A stretch of DNA of 64,000 nt from the NCBI GenBank assembly GCA_023231065.1, contig JALNWE010000002.1, forward strand, positions 30,952 to 94,951. Direction: 5' to 3'. Of the stretch, positions 18,667 through 28,208 are shown in pieces. The notes under the pieces were generated by a model. The model was given only the letters and a program-made list of their open reading frames with translations. It had not been told where the DNA came from and searched no databases. The position numbers and the translations under genes were made by a program. Source of the stretch: Bacteroidales bacterium (GTDB lineage: Bacteria; Bacteroidota; Bacteroidia; Bacteroidales; FEN-979). The first letter of the stretch is position 1; each line of letters starts with the position of its first letter.

Positions 18667-18683
18667 CAAAATTTGAAGACGCT

Positions 18684-19244
18684 ATGGATAAACCACTGAT
18701 AAAACCCAAACAAGGAATCATTCTTATATCGGAACCTTCCCTCCGGGATTTTTATTTTCGCCAGTCCGTGGTATTATTAGCTGAACACAACGAAGAGGGA
18801 ACCTTTGGAGTGATTATCAATAAACCCATTGAAGCGCGTATCAGGGATGTCATCAAGGACTTTCCAGATAAAGATATGCCCGTGTACTTGGGAGGCCCCG
18901 TAAAAACAGACAGTATCTTTTTCATTCATACCCGCCGGAATATTGATCATAGTCTTCCGATCATGCGTGGATTATACTGGGGAGGCGATATTGATGTAAT
19001 ACGTAACCTGCTCGAAAATGATGAGTTGACCGACCGGGATATCCGCTTTTTCGTAGGGTATTCGGGCTGGCATCCCAATCAGCTTGATCGTGAGATCCTC
19101 GAAAAATCATGGATCCTCTCGCATACCACGGTTTCTGAAGTGATCAGGGCTGATTCTGAAAAACTCTGGAGCAACCACCTGAAAAGCATGGGTAAGGATT
19201 ATGCAATCTGGGCAAATTTCCCGATCGATCCGACGTTTAACTGA
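18684..19244 (+). CDS. YqgE/AlgH family protein (UPF0301)
   Basis: GIILISEPSLRDFYFRQSVVLLAEHNEEGTFGVIINKP is the family signature. The start was moved to the ATG at 18684. Confidence 0.85.
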   Translation: MDKPLIKPKQGIILISEPSLRDFYFRQSVVLLAEHNEEGTFGVIINKPIEARIRDVIKDFPDKDMPVYLGGPVKTDSIFFIHTRRNIDHSLPIMRGLYWGGDIDVIRNLLENDELTDRDIRFFVGYSGWHPNQLDREILEKSWILSHTTVSEVIRADSEKLWSNHLKSMGKDYAIWANFPIDPTFN

Positions 19245-19249
19245 CGGGG

Positions 19250-19273
19250 AACAGGATGCGAAAACAGGATGCG
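19250..19273. repeat. Direct repeat AACAGGATGCG x2 with a 13-nt period
   Basis: Read from the sequence, 6 nt after the stop at 19244. The word AGGATGCG recurs at 40880..40887. Confidence 0.8.
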
Positions 19274-19292
19274 AAATTTTGTATAATTATCC

Positions 19293-19300
19293 TATATTTG
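19293..19300 (+). promoter_or_regulatory. -7 promoter box TATATTTG upstream of the glycyl-radical enzyme operon
   Basis: Exact TAnnTTTG match, about 115 nt upstream of the ATG at 19416. Confidence 0.4.
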
Positions 19301-19415
19301 TCATGGGATATATGAATGCGATAGGATAATAAGTTAAGCCATTAAACGGATGATCAGCTCATCCGGGTATCCCTCCATTCCTTTATCCGTTTATCAATTA
19401 AAAAACCGTCAGGAG

Positions 19416-22085
19416 ATGTCAGATCACGAAACGAACCCTGCTCATTATTACGGTCAAGCGCCGGGTGAAAATATTGAGGACAGGGAAGCCAAGCCACAAC
19501 CCACATCGCGTGCCCAGGCTGCCCGTGAACTTTATTTTGAAGCCAAATCTTCAGCCTCCATGGAATTTCCATACTGGTACACCCGCCGATGGGAGAAGCT
19601 GGAAGGTGAAATCCCGGTTATCCGGCGGGCGGAAGCGCTGAAATCCGGTTTTGAACACCTCACCCCGGTCATATATCCGGGAGAGTTAATTACGATGGGT
19701 AAAGCCTGTTATCTCCGCGGCTCTTATCCCATGCCCTGGCTGTCGGAAGCCTTTTTCATGGCGGCAGGGGATCAATTGTATAAGGAAGCCCAGGAATCGG
19801 GCAAACTGACTGCAGATGGTTTTACTACCATGGGCAAAGGGGGCGGCAATGTCACCAAGAGCATTGGGAACGTGATCTCCATTGCCGGTAAATTCGGCCT
19901 GCGAACAGAAGAAATGCCGGCTATGATTGAAATTGCAAAAAAATGGAAAGACCGTTCGGTGGACGACATTGGCCACAAATATGAACAACTGGTTCCCGGG
20001 TACAAAGAAAAAGAGGCGCTGATGCGTTCGGTGATCTGTATGTTTGATTCGGGTTATACGCTCCCACAGGGAAGAGAAGTGATCAACTACTATTATCCCT
20101 TACAGTTTGGCATTGATGGTATCATAAAGAACTGCGAAGAGAGCCTTGCCGAAACGGCAGGGTATCCCGATATGGACCGGCTCTATTTCTTTAAAGCCGT
20201 AATCATCATGCTGGAAGGGATCAAAAGCTGGATCCGGAACTATGCTGATGAAGCCCGGTTCCTGGCCTCCCTGGAACAGGACAAGAACCAGAAAACAGAA
20301 TATCTTGAGATGGCCGAACGGCTGGACTGGCTTTCATCCAATCCACCCCGTTCCTTCCATGATGCGCTTCAGCTGATCTGGATCTTTCACGTGGCTGTAT
20401 TGAACGAGGATGCCATCTCCGGACTTTCTCCCGGCCGTGTCGGTCAGGTACTCTATCCTTTTTGGCAACGCGACATTAAAAATGGCGCTATCAACCGGGA
20501 AAAGACCCTTGAACTCCTGGAGCTTATGAGGATCAAATTCACCGAGCTGGATTGCTTTGCATCCATGGGTGTCGTAGGTGGGGTCCTCTCGGGCAATACC
20601 TTCAATAACTTATGCCTTGGCGGATTGCAAAAAGACGGCGCCTCGGCGGCCAATGAACTCGAAATGCTGATCCTTCAGGCGGGAATCACCTGCGATACGC
20701 CTCAACCCACCCTGTCTGTTTTATATGACGAAAAACTCCCTGAAGAATTCCTCCTCAAGGGTGTGGAATGTACCAAAATCGGGACCGGTTATCCGGCATG
20801 GGTAAACAACCGGGTTGCCATGGAATTTTTATTAGACAATTATGGACATGAAGGACTCGGTCACGAGGAAGCCCGTGCATGGTCCATTGGCGGGTGTCTT
20901 GAAACTTCACCAGGGAGCTGGATGCCCCTGGAACTCGATGGAGAGATCCACTGGATCCCGGGAGGTTCGGCGCCGGCAACGAGTGTGGGCGTTCATTTCC
21001 TTTCACTTCCAAAATTGCTGGAGGTTGCTTTGTTTGACGGAATGGATATGCGGACCGGGCAACGGGTGTTCCCATCCCATGGTTATATACTCGACAGTTA
21101 TGAGGGGATCTGGCAGGCATTTAAAGATTACTTCAGCCGCGCCTGCCATGTCCTGGCCCTCACCAACAATATCCAGCATGATGCCTGGCGGAAAATCTCA
21201 CCCTCGCTGGTCAATTCCATGCTGAAGCCTGACTGCCTGGCAAAGGGGAAAGATATCGGACAAATGGGCAGCCGGTACAACAGCACCTTCAACATCGAAA
21301 GCTGTGGTACTGCCAATCTGGTCAATTCACTGGCTTCTCTTAAAAAGAATATTTATACCGACCATCTTTATTCTTTAGAGGATTACCGCAAAGCCATCCT
21401 GGCCAACTTCGGTTATAAAACCGCCAATGAATCAGGATCTTATTCACTCGTTGACCAGGTTGCAACCGAAGATTACCACAACTGGAAAAAAATCCATCGC
21501 CTGAGCCTGGATGCTCCTAAATTTGGCAATGATCATCCTTTTGTGGATGCGATCATGAAAGAATGGGAAGCGTGGTTCTGTTCAATGGCCCACAACTACC
21601 GGTCGCTTTATGATCAGCCAATGTATGCCTGTCAGATATCCGTTTCGACCCATGGCCCTATGGGTGCAGTTACCCTTGCCGGAGCCGACGGACGTTTATG
21701 CGGCACCACCTTTTCCGACGGATCGGTATCGGCTTACCCGGGAACTGACCGGAATGGGCCTTACGCGCTCTTCAATTCCGCCACTTGCTGGAACCATGCC
21801 ACTTCACAAAACTCACAGTTAAACATGAAAATCCATCCTTCGGTGGTTAAGGGGCGTGAGGGGGCCCGCAAATTTTTGGAACTGATCCGCGCCTATTTGC
21901 GCAAAGGGGGATTTCATGTACAATTCAACATTGTCGATTCACGGATGCTCAGGCAAGCCCAGGCCGAACCGGAAAAATACCGTAGTTTGCTTGTCCGGGT
22001 GGCAGGATTCACTCAATACTGGGTCGAACTTGGCAAACAGATCCAGGATGAAGTGATCGCCAGGACAGAATATGAAGAAATTTGA
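19416..22085 (+). CDS. hpdB: Glycyl-radical enzyme, 4-hydroxyphenylacetate decarboxylase large-subunit-like (arylacetate decarboxylase)
   Basis: About 889 aa from the ATG at 19416. The C-terminal glycyl-radical motif LLVRVAGFTQYW places the Gly 25 residues from the end. The Cys loop GGCLETS has the Cys-x-Glu pattern of decarboxylase/dehydratase-type GREs. It is followed by a small Fe-S subunit and an activase. Confidence 0.75.
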   Translation: MSDHETNPAHYYGQAPGENIEDREAKPQPTSRAQAARELYFEAKSSASMEFPYWYTRRWEKLEGEIPVIRRAEALKSGFEHLTPVIYPGELITMGKACYLRGSYPMPWLSEAFFMAAGDQLYKEAQESGKLTADGFTTMGKGGGNVTKSIGNVISIAGKFGLRTEEMPAMIEIAKKWKDRSVDDIGHKYEQLVPGYKEKEALMRSVICMFDSGYTLPQGREVINYYYPLQFGIDGIIKNCEESLAETAGYPDMDRLYFFKAVIIMLEGIKSWIRNYADEARFLASLEQDKNQKTEYLEMAERLDWLSSNPPRSFHDALQLIWIFHVAVLNEDAISGLSPGRVGQVLYPFWQRDIKNGAINREKTLELLELMRIKFTELDCFASMGVVGGVLSGNTFNNLCLGGLQKDGASAANELEMLILQAGITCDTPQPTLSVLYDEKLPEEFLLKGVECTKIGTGYPAWVNNRVAMEFLLDNYGHEGLGHEEARAWSIGGCLETSPGSWMPLELDGEIHWIPGGSAPATSVGVHFLSLPKLLEVALFDGMDMRTGQRVFPSHGYILDSYEGIWQAFKDYFSRACHVLALTNNIQHDAWRKISPSLVNSMLKPDCLAKGKDIGQMGSRYNSTFNIESCGTANLVNSLASLKKNIYTDHLYSLEDYRKAILANFGYKTANESGSYSLVDQVATEDYHNWKKIHRLSLDAPKFGNDHPFVDAIMKEWEAWFCSMAHNYRSLYDQPMYACQISVSTHGPMGAVTLAGADGRLCGTTFSDGSVSAYPGTDRNGPYALFNSATCWNHATSQNSQLNMKIHPSVVKGREGARKFLELIRAYLRKGGFHVQFNIVDSRMLRQAQAEPEKYRSLLVRVAGFTQYWVELGKQIQDEVIARTEYEEI

Positions 22086-22114
22086 AAATTTCACCTTTTA
22101 ACTTTCATCTATCT

Positions 22115-22369
22115 ATGGAATTATCCTGTAAAGATTGCAGATATTTTCTTCCCGTTGATGTGTTCAGGGGAATTTGTAAGATCAATAAAGAAAAGATCTC
22201 TCCGGATGATGCGTTTTGTGAAAAGGTCGAAAAAATATCCAAATGCAAATTTTGCCAGTATTATACCTCCGAAAGCAATTCCCTGGGAAAATGTATGGGC
22301 CATACCCTCTGCTACCCTGATCTGGTTGCTGCCAAATGTGCCGATTTTAAATGGGAGATTCAAAAATAG
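22115..22369 (+). CDS. hpdC: Small Cys-rich subunit, HpdC-like (two putative [4Fe-4S] sites)
   Basis: 84 aa from the ATG at 22115. It has two pseudo-repeats, CKDCRYF..GICK..FCEK and CKFCQYY..GKCMG..KCADFK, each with 4 Cys. Its position between the GRE and the activase matches the hpdBCA order. Confidence 0.65.
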   Translation: MELSCKDCRYFLPVDVFRGICKINKEKISPDDAFCEKVEKISKCKFCQYYTSESNSLGKCMGHTLCYPDLVAAKCADFKWEIQK

Positions 22370-23313
22370 AAGGTGGATTCATTTTTGACATCCAGGGTTT
22401 TTCTGTTCACGATGGCCCTGGCTGCCGGACATTGATCTTTTTTAAAGGATGTTCCCTGCACTGTGCATGGTGTTCCAATCCCGAGGGCATTTCGCCCCGT
22501 CCGGAAATACTGTATCATTCTTCCAGATGCATCCACGATGGTTTATGCATACAAGCATGCCCATACGGGGCCATTGCCATTCAGGATGATAAAAATAACG
22601 ATCTTCCGGAGGGAAAGAATCTTAACTTCGACCGATCAGTTTGTGCCCGGTGCCATACTTTCCAGTGTGTTTCCGCCTGTTGCACAGGGGCAATCAATAC
22701 AGGAGGTTACGCTATTACAATAGATGAATTGTATCATACGATAACCCGCGACCGGCAATACTGGGGAAGCAGGGGGGGCATTACCCTGACTGGCGGAGAA
22801 CCTTTTTTCCAGCCAGGTTTTGCTTACGCGCTGTTACAACGGTGCTACGGCGCCTATATCCACACAGCTGCCGAAACCTGTGGAAATATTCCATGGAACA
22901 ACATAGCTCCTTCTTTGCCCTTTCTTGACTGGCTGTTTTTTGATCTCAAACACATGGATCCGGACCGGCATTTTCATTTGACCCGGTCGGACAATCATCA
23001 GATCCTTTCAAACGCCACCCGTCTTGCCGGTGAATTCAAAGGAAGATTGATCTTCCGTATGCCGGTCATTCCCGGATTTAATGAAGAAACGGACAACATA
23101 GGGGCCATGATCCGTTTTATCCATTCAACAGGACGCGATGAGATCAATCTCCTTCCCGCCCATCATTTGGGAAGGGAAAAATACAATTTGCTTGGGAAGG
23201 GCTATTTCACTGATAATTACGATCCGCCTTTGCCGGAAAAGATGGAAAGCCTTAAACACCGTTTCGAAGCTGCAGGCATCCATTGCTACATCAGCAGTGA
23301 CACCCCTTTTTAA
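22351..23313 (+). CDS. hpdA: Glycyl-radical enzyme activating enzyme (radical SAM) with ferredoxin-like insert
   Basis: 320 aa. Contains GPGCRTLIFFKGCSLHCAWCSNPE (CxxxCxxC) plus additional clusters CIHDGLCIQACPYGAI and CARCHTFQCVSACCTGAI. It overlaps the small subunit gene by 19 nt. Confidence 0.9.
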   Translation: MGDSKIEGGFIFDIQGFSVHDGPGCRTLIFFKGCSLHCAWCSNPEGISPRPEILYHSSRCIHDGLCIQACPYGAIAIQDDKNNDLPEGKNLNFDRSVCARCHTFQCVSACCTGAINTGGYAITIDELYHTITRDRQYWGSRGGITLTGGEPFFQPGFAYALLQRCYGAYIHTAAETCGNIPWNNIAPSLPFLDWLFFDLKHMDPDRHFHLTRSDNHQILSNATRLAGEFKGRLIFRMPVIPGFNEETDNIGAMIRFIHSTGRDEINLLPAHHLGREKYNLLGKGYFTDNYDPPLPEKMESLKHRFEAAGIHCYISSDTPF

Positions 23314-23455
23314 GGAAGAAACAATCGTAATTATCTGTTTTACATTAATTTATATATTTAATCATACTCCGTTGTTTAAATCTTTGAAATATTGAATTTT
23401 TTTTTCAAATTTGTAGCTGATATCTATTTACATATTCTTCCAAGACCAAATTGCT

Positions 23456-24775
23456 ATGAAAGACACTCCTATCGATTACGATGTTGTCAAACGACACATT
23501 CGGCAAAGCAAAATACGAAATGTAGGAAAAGCCTCAATCCGTGAAATCAAACGATTGATCAACGGGATAGAAGAAGAAACCGGCAAACGGTTTGTCAGAA
23601 TGGAAATGGGCGTTCCCGGCCTGGCTCCGACTGAGATTGGCGTTCGGGCTGAAATTGATGCATTACGACGGGGTGTCGCTGCCATTTATCCTGATATCGA
23701 AGGGACTCCGGTCCTGAAAAAAGAAGCTGCCCGGTTTGCCAAACTTTTTCTTGATATTGACGTGAACGAAGCCAACTGTGTCCCTACCGTTGGGAGTATG
23801 CAGGGTGGTTTTGCGGCTTTTCTGACCTTCTCCAAAATCAACAAAAAACAAGATACAACTTTATTCATCGACCCGGGGTTCCCGGTACATCACCAGCAAC
23901 ACAAGGTATTGGGGCTAAAATATGAAACTTTCGATGTATATGATTACAGGGGAGAAAAACTACGTGAAAAACTGGAATCCTATTTTTCAAAAGGGAATAT
24001 CCACTCGGTCCTTTATTCCAATCCGAATAATCCATCCTGGATATGCTTTACTCCAAAAGAACTGGCTATCATTGGTGAACTAGCCACCAAATATAATGTG
24101 ATCATCATTGAGGACCTGGCTTACTTCGCCATGGATTTCAGAAAAGATTATTCTAAACCCGGTCAACCGCCTTATCAGCCTACCGTTGCAAAATATACCG
24201 ATAATTATGTTATCCTGATATCCGGCTCTAAGATTTTCAGTTATGCCGGCCAGCGGATCGGTTTCATGGTAGTATCCAATAAATTATTCAATACCCAGTC
24301 GGATAATCTCCTCCGGTATTATTCCACCGATATTGTCGGCCGTGCATTGATCTATGGTACGGTCTATGCCCTGAGCGCGGGCACAGCCCACTCCACTCAA
24401 TACGCCCTGGCCGCCATGCTGAAAGCGGTAAATGACGGAACCTACGATTTCGTCAAGGTGATCCGGGAATATGGTGAAAAAGCCAGGATTATGAAAAAAA
24501 TGTTCCTGGATAACGGATTCAATATCGTTTATGACAAGGATGAGGATGTTCCCATTGCCGACGGGTTCTATTTCACATTTGCATATCCCGGTTTTACAGG
24601 TGAAGAGCTGCTTGAAGAGATGCTTTATTACGGTATAAGCGCGGTTGCGCTCAACATCACCGGCAGCGAAAGGATTGAAGGGATCCGCGCCTGCGTCTCA
24701 CTCGTCCAACGGGAACAATTTCCTGCCCTCGAAGAACGGCTCCGTAAATTCAATGAAAACCACAAAAAGTCATAA
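23456..24775 (+). CDS. PLP-dependent aminotransferase, class I/II
   Basis: 439 aa. Contains the PLP-lysine motif ISGSKIFSYAGQRIGF and NPNNPS upstream. Substrate specificity cannot be determined by eye. Confidence 0.8.
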   Translation: MKDTPIDYDVVKRHIRQSKIRNVGKASIREIKRLINGIEEETGKRFVRMEMGVPGLAPTEIGVRAEIDALRRGVAAIYPDIEGTPVLKKEAARFAKLFLDIDVNEANCVPTVGSMQGGFAAFLTFSKINKKQDTTLFIDPGFPVHHQQHKVLGLKYETFDVYDYRGEKLREKLESYFSKGNIHSVLYSNPNNPSWICFTPKELAIIGELATKYNVIIIEDLAYFAMDFRKDYSKPGQPPYQPTVAKYTDNYVILISGSKIFSYAGQRIGFMVVSNKLFNTQSDNLLRYYSTDIVGRALIYGTVYALSAGTAHSTQYALAAMLKAVNDGTYDFVKVIREYGEKARIMKKMFLDNGFNIVYDKDEDVPIADGFYFTFAYPGFTGEELLEEMLYYGISAVALNITGSERIEGIRACVSLVQREQFPALEERLRKFNENHKKS

Positions 24776-24980
24776 AAACGAGCCTCTAAATTCTTCTTAT
24801 CAACTGATATTATGTTAGTTAATATCGTTATTAACAACCCTCTTTTCGGTTCTGGCACGCTTTTCCCGAACCCGCTTCTTGATATTATCGTATCATATTA
24901 ATATTAAGCAAGTTACAACTTATTTTCTTTAACATTTTCCCGTTAGCAAAAAAGAACTGACTATTTGATGTGGTATTTGA

Positions 24981-25817
24981 TTGTACCGGTTCTTTGTATA
25001 TGTGAAAGTGATTATTATTTCAATAAGGAGATGGACGCCTTTATTGGTTGTTTGTTTATTGTTATTAGGCAATTCTTATCCGCTGGATATATATGTGGAT
25101 GAACGCACCCACACCGAGATCTGTTTTTCTTTTCAGGATCAAATTTTTCCTGAACATTGGTATAGCGGAAAAATCAAAGCAGAGGCAGAACCTTTATCCC
25201 GTTTCGAAAAATTACGGATAATCAATATTTTAGACAAAGCATTTCAAAAATACCCTGATCCGGTCATTCGCGAAAATCTTGATCGTGTTTATGCATTGCG
25301 TACAATGCACTTCTATGGTGTGCCTTTTGGGGGGACCAATAATGCAAAAACAGTATATTTGTGTGATGAAGAGAATAATCCTTCTTTTACCAATGCTTAT
25401 ATTGAAGGAGTGTTCCATCATGAATTTTCGAGTGTCCTGAAACGTATGTATCCGGGTTTTTTCAACGCCCGTGAATGGAAAGCCTCCAACCCTTCCTGGT
25501 TCACCTATGGGAATGGCGGTGTGGACGCGATCATGAACGGGGAAGCATCTTTGGAACTCGACCCGGATTATTTCAGTCTGGGATTTCTAACCTGTTATTC
25601 CAGGGCTTCCCTTGAAGAGGATATGAATGTATTTGCCCAGTATCTTTTTACAGGAGGCCCGGCCTTCTGGGAGGTAGTCGATCAGCATTCCAGAATACGG
25701 AAAAAAGCCAGGTTGCTGATAACTTTTTATCAAAAAATCGACCCTCTTTTCGATGAATATTATTTCCGGCATCTGACCAGGGGACAGGAAAGAAGGTTGG
25801 TGAAAAATGAAAAGTGA
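24981..25817 (+). CDS. Hypothetical secreted protein
   Basis: 278-aa ORF with a non-ATG start; a GTG at 25002 would give a signal-like MKVIIISIRRWTPLLVVCLLLLG. No catalytic motif is present (FHHEFSS is not HExxH). Confidence 0.4.
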   Translation: MYRFFVYVKVIIISIRRWTPLLVVCLLLLGNSYPLDIYVDERTHTEICFSFQDQIFPEHWYSGKIKAEAEPLSRFEKLRIINILDKAFQKYPDPVIRENLDRVYALRTMHFYGVPFGGTNNAKTVYLCDEENNPSFTNAYIEGVFHHEFSSVLKRMYPGFFNAREWKASNPSWFTYGNGGVDAIMNGEASLELDPDYFSLGFLTCYSRASLEEDMNVFAQYLFTGGPAFWEVVDQHSRIRKKARLLITFYQKIDPLFDEYYFRHLTRGQERRLVKNEK

Positions 25818-25915
25818 AGAAAATAAGATGGGGGATTTTGCTCAAGAAAGGCATTTTCTTTTGTCTGGCGGATTGTTTTTATAATTAAAACAATTCTAAA
25901 TTATATCTTATCTCT

Positions 25916-25923
25916 TATTTTTG
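25916..25923 (+). promoter_or_regulatory. -7 promoter box TATTTTTG upstream of the four-subunit OFOR operon
   Basis: Exact TAnnTTTG match, 80 nt upstream of the ATG at 26003. Confidence 0.35.
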
Positions 25924-26002
25924 CCCTGTAAGGTGACCGCCGGTTCAAAGAAAATATTGTAATTTCGTACTATCATTCAAATACCTAATAATATCTACAA
26001 CT

Positions 26003-26233
26003 ATGGCTAAATTTAAAGGCGATATTGTGATTAACACGGAGCGTTGCAAAGGCTGTGAAGTCTGTGTTGCTGCCTGTCCTTTTTCCGTGATCGCGATGGC
26101 GAAGGAAGTAAACAGCAAAGGCTATCATTTTGCCATGAAGGTAAATGCCGAATGTACCGGATGTACAAATTGTGCCGTTGTTTGTCCCGACGGGGTAATT
26201 ACCGTTTACAGGGCAAAGGTTACAGCCGAATAA
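26003..26233 (+). CDS. 2-oxoacid:ferredoxin oxidoreductase delta subunit (2x[4Fe-4S] ferredoxin)
   Basis: 76 aa with two CxxCxxCxxxCP motifs (CKGCEVCVAACP, CTGCTNCAVVCP). Confidence 0.85.
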   Translation: MAKFKGDIVINTERCKGCEVCVAACPFSVIAMAKEVNSKGYHFAMKVNAECTGCTNCAVVCPDGVITVYRAKVTAE

Positions 26234-26254
26234 AAATCAATAAAACTATACACC

Positions 26255-27337
26255 ATGGGTGAACTCAGATTAATGAAGGGCAACGAAGCCGTCGCCGAAG
26301 CTGCTATTCGTGCAGGTTGTGATGGTTATTTCGGATACCCGATCACGCCCCAGTCCGAAGTCATGGAATACCTGATGGCCGAAAAGCCGTTTGAACGGAC
26401 TGGTATGGTGGTACTTCAGGCCGAAAGCGAAGTAGCCTCCATCAATATGTTATACGGCGGCGCCGGAACAGGAAAAAAGGTGATGACCTCCTCGTCCAGC
26501 CCCGGTATCAGTCTCATGCAGGAAGGAATTACTTATATGGCTGGCGCCGAACTTCCGGCTCTCATCGTGAACGTTGTTCGCGGCGGCCCCGGTCTTGGTA
26601 CGATCCAGCCTTCACAGGCCGATTATTTCCAGGCAGTGAAGGGGGGTGGACATGGAGACTATAAACTGATCGTCCTGGCTCCGGCATCCGTTCAGGAAAT
26701 GTGCGACCATGTAAAACTTGGTTTCGACCTGGCTTTTAAATACCGTAACCCAGCCATGATACTTTCTGATGGAGCTGTTGGCCAAATGATGGAAAAAGTC
26801 GAATTATTCGACCCGATCCCGCGCCGTACCGATGCAGAGGTTATTGCCCAATGCCCCTGGGCGGCTACAGGCAAACAAAAAAACCGCGACCACATCATCA
26901 TCACGTCACTCGACCTTGACCCGGCCGGACAGGAACGCGTAAACCTGAAACTACAGGCCAAATACAAAAAAATGGAGGAAAACGAGGTTCGATACGAAGA
27001 GATCCAATGCGATGATGCTGAATACCTCTTTGTGGCCTTTGGATTATCCGCGAGGATCTGTCAAAAAGCCATCGACCTTGCCCGGGCAAAAGGAATTAAA
27101 GTCGGGCTCTTCCGTCCAATTACCCTTTTCCCCTTCCCGGTGAAGCAAATCGCTGCCGTCGGAAAACGGGTCAAAGGAATGCTTGTAGTTGAAATGAATG
27201 CCGGACAGATGATCGAAGATGTGAAACTGTCAATAGGCCTTAATTTAAAGATCGAACATTTCGGACGTTTTGGCGGGATCATCCCCACACCGGATGAAGT
27301 CGTCAGGGCGCTGGAACAAAAAATTATCGGAGGCTGA
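26255..27337 (+). CDS. 2-oxoacid:ferredoxin oxidoreductase alpha subunit
   Basis: 360 aa. Contains GNEAVAEAAIRAGCDGYFGYPITPQSE, typical of KorA/VorB/PorA N-termini. Confidence 0.9.
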   Translation: MGELRLMKGNEAVAEAAIRAGCDGYFGYPITPQSEVMEYLMAEKPFERTGMVVLQAESEVASINMLYGGAGTGKKVMTSSSSPGISLMQEGITYMAGAELPALIVNVVRGGPGLGTIQPSQADYFQAVKGGGHGDYKLIVLAPASVQEMCDHVKLGFDLAFKYRNPAMILSDGAVGQMMEKVELFDPIPRRTDAEVIAQCPWAATGKQKNRDHIIITSLDLDPAGQERVNLKLQAKYKKMEENEVRYEEIQCDDAEYLFVAFGLSARICQKAIDLARAKGIKVGLFRPITLFPFPVKQIAAVGKRVKGMLVVEMNAGQMIEDVKLSIGLNLKIEHFGRFGGIIPTPDEVVRALEQKIIGG

Positions 27338-27338
27338 T

Positions 27339-28151
27339 ATGGAAGAAATGTTTGCAAAACCCGAAATACGAAAACCGGAAAATATCGTTTATAAAAAAAC
27401 CGGACTGATGGTTGACCGTCCCCTGAGTTACTGCCCGGGATGCGGCCATGGTACTGTCCACCGTATGTTGATGGAAGTAATCGAAGAAATGGATATCCAG
27501 GGTAATACCATCGGGGTATCTCCCGTCGGCTGCTCTGTTTTAGCTTATGATTTCCTGGACATTGATATGTTAGGCGCTGCCCATGGAAGGGCCCCCGCAT
27601 TAGCCACCGCCATCAAACGGTTGTGGCCCGGACGTTTCGTTTTCACCTATCAGGGTGACGGTGACCTGGCAGCTATCGGTACGGCAGAAACTATTCATGC
27701 CTGTAACCGCGGCGAAAACATCACTATCATTTTCATCAATAACGGGATCTATGGTATGACTGGTGGACAAATGGCCCCCACGACGCTGGAAGGCATGCGT
27801 ACGGCCACAAGTCCTTATGGTCGCGATATCGCTACCATGGGCTACCCGCTCAAGATCACGGAACTGATCGCCCACCTGCCCGGGGTAAATTATGTAACAC
27901 GCCAGAGCGTTCATACCCCCGTCAACGCACGGAGAACAAAAAAAGCCATTCGTAAGGCCTTTGAAATCCAGAAAGAAAAAAAAGGAGTAGGATTTATAGA
28001 AGTTGTTTCCAACTGCAATTCGGGTTGGAAAATGACTCCCGTCCAGGCCAATAAATGGATGGAAGAAAATATGTTTCCCTTCTATCCACTGGGAGATATC
28101 AAAGTGGATGGAAAACTCGTCGACCCGAAAGTTGTTGCTGAAAAAGAATGA
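27339..28151 (+). CDS. 2-oxoacid:ferredoxin oxidoreductase beta subunit (TPP-binding)
   Basis: The ATG at 27339 lies 1 nt after the alpha stop. Contains CPGCGHG and the TPP motif YQGDGDLAAIG..NNGIYGMTGGQ. Confidence 0.9.
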   Translation: MEEMFAKPEIRKPENIVYKKTGLMVDRPLSYCPGCGHGTVHRMLMEVIEEMDIQGNTIGVSPVGCSVLAYDFLDIDMLGAAHGRAPALATAIKRLWPGRFVFTYQGDGDLAAIGTAETIHACNRGENITIIFINNGIYGMTGGQMAPTTLEGMRTATSPYGRDIATMGYPLKITELIAHLPGVNYVTRQSVHTPVNARRTKKAIRKAFEIQKEKKGVGFIEVVSNCNSGWKMTPVQANKWMEENMFPFYPLGDIKVDGKLVDPKVVAEKE

Positions 28152-28208
28152 CAAGTCTCCTATCCCCTATCAGATTCAAAATAGTATCAGGTTTAACAAC
28201 ATATTAAA

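Noticed and set aside
18645-18683. GTG start given by the ORF track for the YqgE/AlgH-family gene.
   Set aside because: The GTG lies within a perfect TATATTTG -7 promoter box (18638..18645). The conserved family sequence begins after the ATG at 18684.
24981-25817. Zinc metallopeptidase call for the 278-aa protein, based on FHHEFSS.
   Set aside because: The sequence is HHEFS, not HExxH, and no second metal-ligand motif was seen. It is left as hypothetical.
27061-28154. Long minus-strand ORFs (179 aa and 184 aa) antisense to the OFOR alpha/beta genes. Similar antisense ORFs occur at 1857..2266, 13748..14371, 36233..36682, 43189..44076 and 47912..48877.
   Set aside because: They lie entirely within strongly supported genes on the opposite strand. 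Their translations are low-complexity or Arg/Ser/Pro-rich and motif-free, which is typical of shadow ORFs.
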